Shown here in pieces: positions 45,309 to 53,111 of a DNA stretch of 53,111 nt (position 1 is the stretch's first letter; each line of letters begins with the position of its first letter). The stretch spans positions 1 to 53,111 of the forward strand of contig JBBTQI010000012.1 of the NCBI GenBank assembly GCA_038078835.1, written 5' to 3'. The translations under genes and the position numbers were made by a program. A model generated the notes under the pieces. The model made no database searches. It had not been told where the DNA came from and saw nothing but the letters and a program-made list of their open reading frames with translations. The DNA is from Patescibacteria group bacterium (GTDB taxonomy: Bacteria > Patescibacteriota > UBA1384 > XYA2-FULL-43-10 > 1-14-0-10-43-13).

Positions 45309-47825
45309 TTATCTCATGTATTGATTAACTGACACATAATCTTTTACATATTCCGGCACAGTTTCGCGCCAGCCGTTCAGCGCCTTAAACTCCTGCATGG
45401 AAAATCCAGGATACACGTTCAACTCGGCAAAATGCTTGCTGTTGATGATTTCGCGGAAGCGATCATCGGCAACATACGCTTTCAGATAGTTTCGGATATA
45501 CGGCACATACTTACTTTCAGGCTTGTAGATTGAGATAAACTTCTCAACTTCTTCTTCTAGTTTTTCGTCTTTGGATTTGAAAGCGTCAATCAAGCCGAAT
45601 ACTCGCTCCAAAAATTCACGCCACGATAAACGGCGGTCAAGGTTTTCGCTCTTGCGGATTTTCTCAAGATTCAGGAATAACTGGGGTTTGTCCTCGTATT
45701 TGTCGCGTAAGATTTTTACCGCTTTTTCCCATTGCTCTTGATTGACTGCCTCCTTTACTTGTTCGTCATTCTGGATTTTCTTTCTCGCTTCCTCAAAAAG
45801 TTTTCGGTCAACCTTCATTCCTTCGGTGCCGATTGGCGTTTCGGTTAGTTGCTTGATTTTGTCAGGGTCAAAAATTTCAAACTCATCAATATCAATGGGA
45901 CCGGGGCCGTCTCCGCCGGGGCCACCTTTTTTGATCGGTAATTTTAATGCCTCGTCGTAGTCAAACTTTTCTTCAAAGTATTCAAAGTTGGCGAAGAAAT
46001 CGAAAAACTTGAATTTGTCTTTGATGACTTTTCGCACTTCGCCGTCCTCGTTTTTGTATTCAAAGGTGAATTTGCGCGTGCCTCGTCCTTTCATCTGCAC
46101 AAAATCAGTCGGCGAGAATACAGGGCGCAGGAGAGCAAGGTTCAAAATATCCTCGCAGTCGTAGCCGGTCGTCATCATACCGACGGTAACGCATACCCTT
46201 GTTTTGCTTGATTTGTAGCCGGGCAAAAATTTTGTATGGCCATTGAGATTATTGTTGGCGAAGTTGATCGGCATTTGTTGGGAGTCCTGAATGTTTGAGG
46301 TGATTTGAATGGCAAAATCGGAATTGTATTTATCCGGCCATACTTGGTGAGCCATCTGATTTAAGGTTTGCGTAATCTTGGAAGCGTGCTTTTGGCTGAC
46401 GCAAAAAATAAGCGTTTTACCCATCTCGCCGCTTATTGGGTCTTTGAGGGCATTTTCAATAATGGATTTACAAAATACCTGATTTGTTTTGTCGGAAAAG
46501 AATTTTTTCTCAAAATCGCGTTGGAAAAAAGTTTCTTCGGTTTCTTCGCCTTCCTTGTTTTCCACCATAACGGCATAGCCCTTTTCCGAAAGAAGCTCCG
46601 TTGTAATGTCGGTGCGAGCGTCAACGGCAACAGGATTAATGAGGAAGCCGTCTTTTACGCCGTCAAGCAAGGTATATCTGAATGTCGGCTCACCGCTCGG
46701 ACAGCCAAAAGTTGTGTAGGTATCCAATAACTGCCTGCGTTCCCAGGCGCGCGGATCGTTTGTTGAAAGTTTTTGAGGATCAACATTTTTTAGATAATCT
46801 TTTGGCGTTGCAGTAAGTCCAAGTTTATAGCCGACAAAGTATTCAAAGACGGCGCGGCTGTTGCCGCTGATTGAGCGGTGCGCTTCATCGGAAATAATAA
46901 GGTCAAAATCCGTCGGTGAAAAAAGTTTTTTGTACTTGGCTTGCGAGGCAAGACTTTGAACGGTTGAAATAACGATGTCCGCTTTTTTCCAATCATCGCG
47001 ATTTTGCTTGTAAACAACAGATGTGTAGTCGTTTTTTAGATAGCGGACGAAATTTTTGTACGCCTGATCTTCAAGCTCCAGACGATCTACCAAAAACAAA
47101 ATTCTTTTCGCGTTGCCGGTTCGCAAAAATAGTTTGATGACAGCACCGGAAACAAGTGTTTTCCCTGTGCCGGTCGCCATTTCAAAAAGAAAGCGGTCAT
47201 TTCCGGCTTCCGCGCTTCTTTGCAGAGCTTGGATCGCTTTAAGCTGATACGGACGCAAAATTCGCAAACCCTCGTCGTAGAGATACTGGGCTCTTTTCGC
47301 TTCATCTTGATAACGAGGGTCGTCTTTGAAATTTGGATTTTGCGTCGTGGCAATGTAATCCGCTTCAACTTTGTCGTCGGCAAGGCGTTTGTTGTCCGGC
47401 GTAAATTCCAAGCGGTGCAAGAGTGATTCTTGTGTCGGAAATTCTGTGATAATTTCGGGATTGCCTCGTTCTAAATCCCAAAAGTAGTGAAGATTGCCGT
47501 TTGAAAGCAAGACAAATCGGGCATTTTGGGATTGAGCGTAACGGCGCGCCTGTTCTTTGCCGTCGAGCGGGTCTTTTTCCTCTTTTTTCGCTTCCAAAAC
47601 GACAAATGGAAATCCTTTTTCGTCGAGGAGCAGAAAATCAATAAATCCGCCTTTGGTACTTTCAAAATCCTCACCAAAAGCGTCTATATCTTTCTTGGCG
47701 ATTTTTACGTTTGGCTCAAGCTGGATATTTGCCTCTCCTTTTTCGTCATCAAAAAATCGCCATCCTGCTTCTTCAAGCAGTTTGTTTATTTTTATGCGCG
47801 CTTTTGCTTCCTTAGTGTTTACCAT
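45309..47825 (-). CDS. hsdR: Type I restriction endonuclease subunit R (EcoEI/EcoAI-like)
   Basis: Nuclease motif D..LEAK, Walker A MATGTGKT, DEAHRS, LTATP, MMTTGYD, QMKGRGTR. Confidence 0.93.
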   Translation of the reverse strand: MVNTKEAKARIKINKLLEEAGWRFFDDEKGEANIQLEPNVKIAKKDIDAFGEDFESTKGGFIDFLLLDEKGFPFVVLEAKKEEKDPLDGKEQARRYAQSQNARFVLLSNGNLHYFWDLERGNPEIITEFPTQESLLHRLEFTPDNKRLADDKVEADYIATTQNPNFKDDPRYQDEAKRAQYLYDEGLRILRPYQLKAIQALQRSAEAGNDRFLFEMATGTGKTLVSGAVIKLFLRTGNAKRILFLVDRLELEDQAYKNFVRYLKNDYTSVVYKQNRDDWKKADIVISTVQSLASQAKYKKLFSPTDFDLIISDEAHRSISGNSRAVFEYFVGYKLGLTATPKDYLKNVDPQKLSTNDPRAWERRQLLDTYTTFGCPSGEPTFRYTLLDGVKDGFLINPVAVDARTDITTELLSEKGYAVMVENKEGEETEETFFQRDFEKKFFSDKTNQVFCKSIIENALKDPISGEMGKTLIFCVSQKHASKITQTLNQMAHQVWPDKYNSDFAIQITSNIQDSQQMPINFANNNLNGHTKFLPGYKSSKTRVCVTVGMMTTGYDCEDILNLALLRPVFSPTDFVQMKGRGTRKFTFEYKNEDGEVRKVIKDKFKFFDFFANFEYFEEKFDYDEALKLPIKKGGPGGDGPGPIDIDEFEIFDPDKIKQLTETPIGTEGMKVDRKLFEEARKKIQNDEQVKEAVNQEQWEKAVKILRDKYEDKPQLFLNLEKIRKSENLDRRLSWREFLERVFGLIDAFKSKDEKLEEEVEKFISIYKPESKYVPYIRNYLKAYVADDRFREIINSKHFAELNVYPGFSMQEFKALNGWRETVPEYVKDYVSVNQYMR

Positions 47826-48020
47826 AGAGTTGTTTAAGTGAGTTGTCCGCGCTCACATTAAGCGCACGAGCAATTTTTGTAAGTGTTTCAGCGGTTGAGT
47901 TTATTCCACGGGCAGAGGGGCACAAAGAGCGTCGATAAGTAGTCCTAAGTCCTCTATAAAATCAGCAGGCAACACTTTGCACCACCGAATCGGTTAGGGG
48001 GAAATCGGAAAGCTTAATAT

Positions 48021-48105
48021 TGGTGCCAGAGGAGGGACTTGAACCCTCAAGCCTTGCGGCACGCGATTTTGAGTCGCGCATGTTTACCGGTTTCATCACT
48101 CTGGC
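48021..48105 (-). tRNA. tRNA-Leu (CAA), 85 nt, CCA encoded
   Basis: GCCAGAG/CTCTGGC acceptor stem, anticodon arm CGCGA-CTCAAAA-TCGCG, long variable arm, GGTTCAAGTCC T-loop. Confidence 0.96.
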
Positions 48106-48137
48106 GCACAGTCGCAAGATAAATTTTAACACAAATG

Positions 48138-48749
48138 TCAGCTTCGTTCAATCTTTAGCGGCCGATCCCCGGTCAGATCAAAAATCTCCGAGGGTTTAGG
48201 ATGAGGAATCCGACCGCCATCGATAATCAGATCGATGCTCTCCCACTCGTCGCGGGCGAATTGCGCGCGAACATCTGCAAGAGTTCCGGCGGGCGGCAAA
48301 CCGGCCTTATTGGCCGAGGTTTGAGCCAAGATTAATCCGGATTGCCTGGCGATGGCCAGAATTAACTCGCTCCCGGGCACTCGAAAGGCGACCGTACCAC
48401 CCTGCTGGCAAAGCCCGCAAACAGCTTGCGCCGATTTGAGCGGCACAATAAAGGTGTAGCGCCCCGGTATCCTGGCCGCCGCAAAATCCCGGGCCAAAGG
48501 CGAGAGATGAGCAACCCTTTCTGCCCCAACCAGATCGGCAAAGACGACACCGACCGGCTTGGAGAGAAGCCTCGCCTTAAGATGGAATATCCTCTCTACC
48601 GCCCTATCATTCCCGGCATCAGCCATGAAACCATAGATCGTATCAAAGGGAGCCAAAACGACCCTGCCCGATTTTAACACCCGTGACGCTTGCGCCGCTA
48701 TCTCATTAATATTATTTTCCGTCAACTTGAGGCGCTTCATCTTGGACAT
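48138..48749 (-). CDS. tsaC: L-threonylcarbamoyladenylate synthase (Sua5/YrdC)
   Basis: Motifs P.DTIYG, IFHLKAR..KP, PG.YT, AFRVP, TSANKAG. Confidence 0.88.
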   Translation of the reverse strand: MSKMKRLKLTENNINEIAAQASRVLKSGRVVLAPFDTIYGFMADAGNDRAVERIFHLKARLLSKPVGVVFADLVGAERVAHLSPLARDFAAARIPGRYTFIVPLKSAQAVCGLCQQGGTVAFRVPGSELILAIARQSGLILAQTSANKAGLPPAGTLADVRAQFARDEWESIDLIIDGGRIPHPKPSEIFDLTGDRPLKIERS

Positions 48750-48842
48750 GATCCATTGTTATCGTTAAAACATTCTACTATAATTATTACCAGGCACTAT
48801 TATAATTATATGCCATTCTAAAATAATTATGAAGGGAGGCTT

Positions 48843-49889
48843 ATGGCCGAAAAGCTGGATGAGATCAATTTTGAATCACAGGACAAGCGGCGGATCATCG
48901 ACCACATTGAGGACTTTAGCAATGACTGCCTTAATGCCTGGAAACAAACCACCGAAATTGCCCTGCCCCTTGATTACCAATCCCTGAAAAAAGTTGTCCT
49001 CTTGGGTATGGGCGGTTCGGGTATCGCCGGCGAGACCATCAAAGAGCTGCTCTACGATTCGCCGCTCGCGATTGAAGTTATTCATGACTATGATATCCCC
49101 GGCTATGTTGATGCCAACACTCTCGTTGTTGCCAACTCTTACTCCGGCAACACCGAGGAAACGATAATCGGCCTTGAGAACGCTATTGAAAAGGGGGCGA
49201 AGATTATCGCCCTGACTACCGGCGGAAAGTTGGCTGATCTGGCCCACCGTCACAGCTTTCCTCTGGTTCACTTTGGCTACGACTCTCCTCCCCGAATGGC
49301 CTTTGCCTACAGCTTTACCCTTCTCCTGGCTATCTTTGTCCGGCTCGGGCAGTACCACCTCCCTCGACACTATGAAGACATCTGCCACCAGGTTAGAGGG
49401 TTGACTGAATCTTTCCGCTACGAGGCGCCCCTTGAGAATAATCCGGCCAAGAAGCTGGCCGGAGCTCTTTTCAATAAAATGCCGATAATCTGCGCCACCC
49501 CGCTCTTAAGGTCCATTGGACTCCGTTTCAAATGCCAACTCAACGAAAGCGCCAAGGCCCTTGCCCTGGTTGAGTTTTTACCCGAGATGCACCACAACGG
49601 AATCGAGGGCTTCCTTACCCCCAAGATTCCCCGCCACTACATAATTTTGCGTTCAAAATATGATCGGGACCGAAACAAGCTCCGCGCCGATATTACCGCC
49701 GAGATTATTAAAAAAAGTGGTTTTGATTATAGCGAACACACTCTCAGCGAAGCCGCCGATCCTCTGGCCGAGCACCTCGCTCTGGTTGTTTTTTGTGACT
49801 ATGTCTCCTATTATCTGGCCATCCTCAACGGTGTCGATCCGGACGTGATCGATAACATTAAATACCTAAAAAGTAAATTACAACATTAG
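48843..49889 (+). CDS. Bifunctional phosphoglucose/phosphomannose isomerase (SIS domain)
   Basis: Motifs GMGGSGI, SYSGNTEET, TTGGKL, QLNESAK, PEMHHN. Confidence 0.92.
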   Translation: MAEKLDEINFESQDKRRIIDHIEDFSNDCLNAWKQTTEIALPLDYQSLKKVVLLGMGGSGIAGETIKELLYDSPLAIEVIHDYDIPGYVDANTLVVANSYSGNTEETIIGLENAIEKGAKIIALTTGGKLADLAHRHSFPLVHFGYDSPPRMAFAYSFTLLLAIFVRLGQYHLPRHYEDICHQVRGLTESFRYEAPLENNPAKKLAGALFNKMPIICATPLLRSIGLRFKCQLNESAKALALVEFLPEMHHNGIEGFLTPKIPRHYIILRSKYDRDRNKLRADITAEIIKKSGFDYSEHTLSEAADPLAEHLALVVFCDYVSYYLAILNGVDPDVIDNIKYLKSKLQH

Positions 49890-49939
49890 TAATTTCGGTG
49901 AATTTGTAGTTTTGTAGGAGATTGTTAACTCGGAGGGAA

Positions 49940-51541
49940 ATGTTTAAGACGCCACAAAAGAAGCCTTTACTTTTATGTATTCTTGACGGATGGGGTCTCG
50001 CCCCCGATTGGGGCGGCAACGCCATCTCCCAAGCTAAAACGCCCAATTTTAGCAAGGCCTGGAAAAGTTATGCCTCGACCTCAATTCTGGCCTCCGGCGA
50101 TGCTGTCGGCCTGCCCACCAATGCTCCGGGCAACTCCGAGGCGGGACACTTGAATATCGGTGCCGGCCGCGTTATTCATCAGGATATTACTCTGATTGAT
50201 TCCCAGATTGATGGCGGCGCTTTTTTCAGCAATGCTCGAATTATCAAAGCAATTGAGCACGCCAAAGAGAACCACTCCGGCATTCACCTGATCGGCCTTT
50301 TATCTAAAACCGGTACCCACAGCCACATCCGCCACCTTTACGCCCTCTTGGTAATGATGCGGCAAAAAGATTTCCGCCGCGTTTATATCCATCTCTTCTC
50401 CGATGGCCGAGACTCGGAGCCGACTGCCGGATTAAACATGGCCAAGGAAGTTGAAGCCAAAATAGCCGAGATAGGCATTGGCCGGATTGCCTCAGTCGGC
50501 GGACGTTTTTACGGTATGGATCGCGATAATCGCTGGGGTCGCCTAGCCCGAGCATACAACCTGTTGGTTAAGGGCGAGGGCAATGCCTTCCCCTCGATTG
50601 AATCAGCTTTTCGCACCTCATACGACCAGGGCATCACTGATGAATTCATTGAGCCGCGGCTGATCGCTAGCAAAACCGAATCCAGAGTAACGATCGGCGA
50701 TAACGATACCGTCATCATCTTTAACTTCCGCGGCGATCGCGTTCGCCAGATTACCCAAGCCTTCTTAGATGATAAGGTTCCCGCCTTCCCCGATCGCCTT
50801 AAACTTAAAAATATTCATTTAGCTACCTTTGTTATTTATGATGAAAACCCCCACTCCGCTCAAGTTTTCTCGCCCGAGAAGATTAACAACCCCCTGGCCA
50901 AGGTCTGGTCAGCTCGGGGACTGAGGCAATTTCACACCGCCGAGACCGAAAAGTATCCTCATGTCACCTACTTTTTTAACGGCGGGGTCGAAAAACCCTT
51001 TCCGGGCGAGGATCGCCTGCTCATCCCCTCGCCTCGACACGTTAAAACATATGATTACCTGCCGGAAATGAGCGCAACCAAGGTTACCAATTCCCTCCTC
51101 TTTGCCATCAAAAGCAACGTTTATGATTGTCTGGTTGTCAACTTCGCCAATCCGGATATGGTCGGCCACAGCGGCAATCTTGGCGCAACCGTTCAAGCCG
51201 TTGAGCATGTCGATAAGTGCCTGGGCCCGATTCTCGCTGAAATAATTAATCATGACGGCACCGCTCTGATTTTTGCCGATCATGGCAACGCCGAACAGAT
51301 GATCAACCCGGAGACCGGTGAGGCCGACACGGAGCACACCACCAACCCTGTTCCCTTTATCGTTGTCGGCAACAGAAGCTACAACCAGAAGATCAAGGTG
51401 CAAAATGACGGCATTCTCGCCTCAATCGCCCCCACTGCTCTGGATTTAGCAGGTCTGCCCAAGCCCGAAGAAATGCACAACGCCTCTCTGCTCATTAAGG
51501 AAGAGATCTTAAATGCCACACCGAATTCTATTTATAGTTGA
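49940..51541 (+). CDS. gpmI: 2,3-bisphosphoglycerate-independent phosphoglycerate mutase
   Basis: Motifs ILDGWG, GNSEAGH, DGRD, MDRD, AETEKY.HVT, NPDMVGH, ADHGNAE, HT.NPVP. GGAGGG RBS. Confidence 0.97.
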   Translation: MFKTPQKKPLLLCILDGWGLAPDWGGNAISQAKTPNFSKAWKSYASTSILASGDAVGLPTNAPGNSEAGHLNIGAGRVIHQDITLIDSQIDGGAFFSNARIIKAIEHAKENHSGIHLIGLLSKTGTHSHIRHLYALLVMMRQKDFRRVYIHLFSDGRDSEPTAGLNMAKEVEAKIAEIGIGRIASVGGRFYGMDRDNRWGRLARAYNLLVKGEGNAFPSIESAFRTSYDQGITDEFIEPRLIASKTESRVTIGDNDTVIIFNFRGDRVRQITQAFLDDKVPAFPDRLKLKNIHLATFVIYDENPHSAQVFSPEKINNPLAKVWSARGLRQFHTAETEKYPHVTYFFNGGVEKPFPGEDRLLIPSPRHVKTYDYLPEMSATKVTNSLLFAIKSNVYDCLVVNFANPDMVGHSGNLGATVQAVEHVDKCLGPILAEIINHDGTALIFADHGNAEQMINPETGEADTEHTTNPVPFIVVGNRSYNQKIKVQNDGILASIAPTALDLAGLPKPEEMHNASLLIKEEILNATPNSIYS

Positions 51542-53036
51542 GGGGCTGGGTTTAAGTTCGACCTGGCCCGGTAATGCCCTGCTGGCGGCCAGACCGCGCA
51601 CTTTTTTTAATCTTTTCAACCATCACTCACGTCATATCTTACAAACCTGCCCGGCCGGCGACCGTCATCTTTCCGGCCTGGCTGATCCGAACTTCACTCT
51701 CGCCGCTATTGGCCGCGGCGTTAGCGGCAAGTCAAACCAAGATCGCCTTGATGAATTAATACTTTCTCATACTTTTTATGATAACCCGACCTTAACCGAT
51801 GCCATACTCTGGACAAAGCGGCACTTCTCCTCTCTCCACACAATCACCACTCTCTCTGAGGATAATATCTTTGGTAAACCGGATCACCTTGAGGCCATAA
51901 TCCAACTGGCAAAACAAAAATCGATTGATCGGCTCTATCTTCACCTTATACTGTCCCAGAATAAGCCCGATCGGGCCGGCCTTCTAAAACAGGTTGCTAT
52001 CACGCAAAAAATACTGGAAAAGAAGGGTCTTGGTGAGATCGCCACAATCTCGGGCCAGAATTATTTTAAGACAGCAAGCTCCGAGCGTTTTGTCGACACC
52101 CTTTGCGGCCGCGGGTTGCGCGCCCTCTCAATTGAACAGGTCCTCGCTCGGGCAGAGAAAAACAATCAAAACCTCTCTGACTTGTCGCCAGCTTACCTCA
52201 TTAATAACCATACTCCGGTTGGGATCCTGCGAGACTTTGACTCCCTTCTCTTTACTGACTCGGCGCCGCTCATACTGAAACAGTTGATCTTCTCTCTCGC
52301 CGCCGGCCGGCGGCGGCACACCGCCAAGTCTCTCCTGATTACCACCTTTTTCCCGCTTCCCCTGCTCTCAAAATCAAAAGCGGGTTTCGCTTTTGATGAT
52401 AAAATAAGCGAAAATTTAATCTCTATTCTCACAGAGAACGGTTTTCGGGTAGCTATAATTAGTGAGGGCAACCGCCTGCCAACCCTCAGGCAATATCTTT
52501 TCCCTGGCGCTTCGCCGGACGAACTTTTTGTTCCCACAACGGCGGATTCACGCCGCTATATTAGTAATGCCGCTGGAATTATTGATGAGATTGCCCGGAA
52601 ATTCGTTGAAGCGGCTGAGAGCAAAAAGTATGATTTTGTCATACTTGATCTGCCCTACTTGGTAAACTTAGCTCAAAGCGCTAATTTTGCCACCCTGGTG
52701 CGAGCGGTCCAGATAGTCGATGAGTTTATGGGCAAACTGGTCAAATTTTGCCGAAAACAAAACTCCGAGATCTTTATCACCGCCAATGCCGGCAAGGTTG
52801 AGGCCTTACCGAACGAGGATCGGCGCTGGCTTAATCTGGCCACGACCAATCCGGTTCCTTTCATCTTTGTCGACCCCAAACTGCCCGAGGCCCGCCCGAT
52901 TGATATTAATCTCCAACTGCCGGTCAGCGAACTAATCCGGCTCCGTCACTCTCTGGCCGATATTACGCCGACAATTCTCGCGCGCTTTGGCCTCCCCGTC
53001 CCAGACGCGATGACCGGCCGTCCCCTCCTTTTTTAG
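51513..53036 (+). CDS. Degenerate iPGM (GpmI-like) paralogue lacking the catalytic residues
   Basis: Collinear with GpmI and keeps TNPVPF and LADITPTIL, but the catalytic Ser and metal-ligand motifs are substituted. Confidence 0.85.
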   Translation: MPHRILFIVEGLGLSSTWPGNALLAARPRTFFNLFNHHSRHILQTCPAGDRHLSGLADPNFTLAAIGRGVSGKSNQDRLDELILSHTFYDNPTLTDAILWTKRHFSSLHTITTLSEDNIFGKPDHLEAIIQLAKQKSIDRLYLHLILSQNKPDRAGLLKQVAITQKILEKKGLGEIATISGQNYFKTASSERFVDTLCGRGLRALSIEQVLARAEKNNQNLSDLSPAYLINNHTPVGILRDFDSLLFTDSAPLILKQLIFSLAAGRRRHTAKSLLITTFFPLPLLSKSKAGFAFDDKISENLISILTENGFRVAIISEGNRLPTLRQYLFPGASPDELFVPTTADSRRYISNAAGIIDEIARKFVEAAESKKYDFVILDLPYLVNLAQSANFATLVRAVQIVDEFMGKLVKFCRKQNSEIFITANAGKVEALPNEDRRWLNLATTNPVPFIFVDPKLPEARPIDINLQLPVSELIRLRHSLADITPTILARFGLPVPDAMTGRPLLF

Positions 53037-53111
53037 GATGCCCCCCTGCTTGTGTGTGCGGAGGCTGAGATACATTGGTAACAAATCTGGTATGATTACT
53101 GATCAAAACCA

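Noticed and set aside
40815-48020. Integrase gene or attL/attR duplication of the tRNA-Leu 3' end
   Set aside because: No recombinase ORF, and no second copy of TGGTGCCAGAGG seen at the distal boundary.
1-53111. CRISPR array
   Set aside because: I saw no regularly spaced direct repeats with unique spacers, including near the Cas12a-like relic.
1-53111. Genome-wide UGA recoding (code 25 or 4)
   Set aside because: TGA ends several conserved genes at their expected C-termini (mpg, clpC, the ABC exporter), and the long housekeeping ORFs are uninterrupted.

Overview
This 53 kb window looks like the chromosome of a CPR/Patescibacteria-type bacterium. That assignment is inferred from gene content (DUF3048, PEGA and LytR-C proteins, two sortases, a tandem gpmI pair) and compact operons. 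TGA is used as a stop codon. Most of the window is housekeeping: eno, trxB, mpg, lexA, rlmD, hisS, clpC, nusA, ldh, udg, dus, manC/manB, murA/murB, mreB, glycosyltransferases, tsaC, pgi/pmi and gpmI. The accessory signals are: (1) an AT-richer defence island downstream of tRNA-Leu(CAA), with HsdR, a fused HsdM-HsdS carrying an (AG)n tract between its two TRDs, and a coupled XRE regulator / Ser-Asp-His Clp-fold protease / small beta-rich protein operon, which is the best candidate for an undescribed system; (2) a scar at about 9.1-10.3 kb with a 17-codon Cas12a-like 5' relic cut by an IS630 remnant, next to a thermonuclease gene split by an in-frame TGA; (3) two MITE-like elements with terminal inverted repeats and target duplications, plus dispersed REP-like palindromes, one of them in-frame inside hsdM; (4) a large LPVTG surface protein next to a sortase; (5) an apparently catalytically dead gpmI paralogue. 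All family assignments come from motif recognition by eye; no searches were run.
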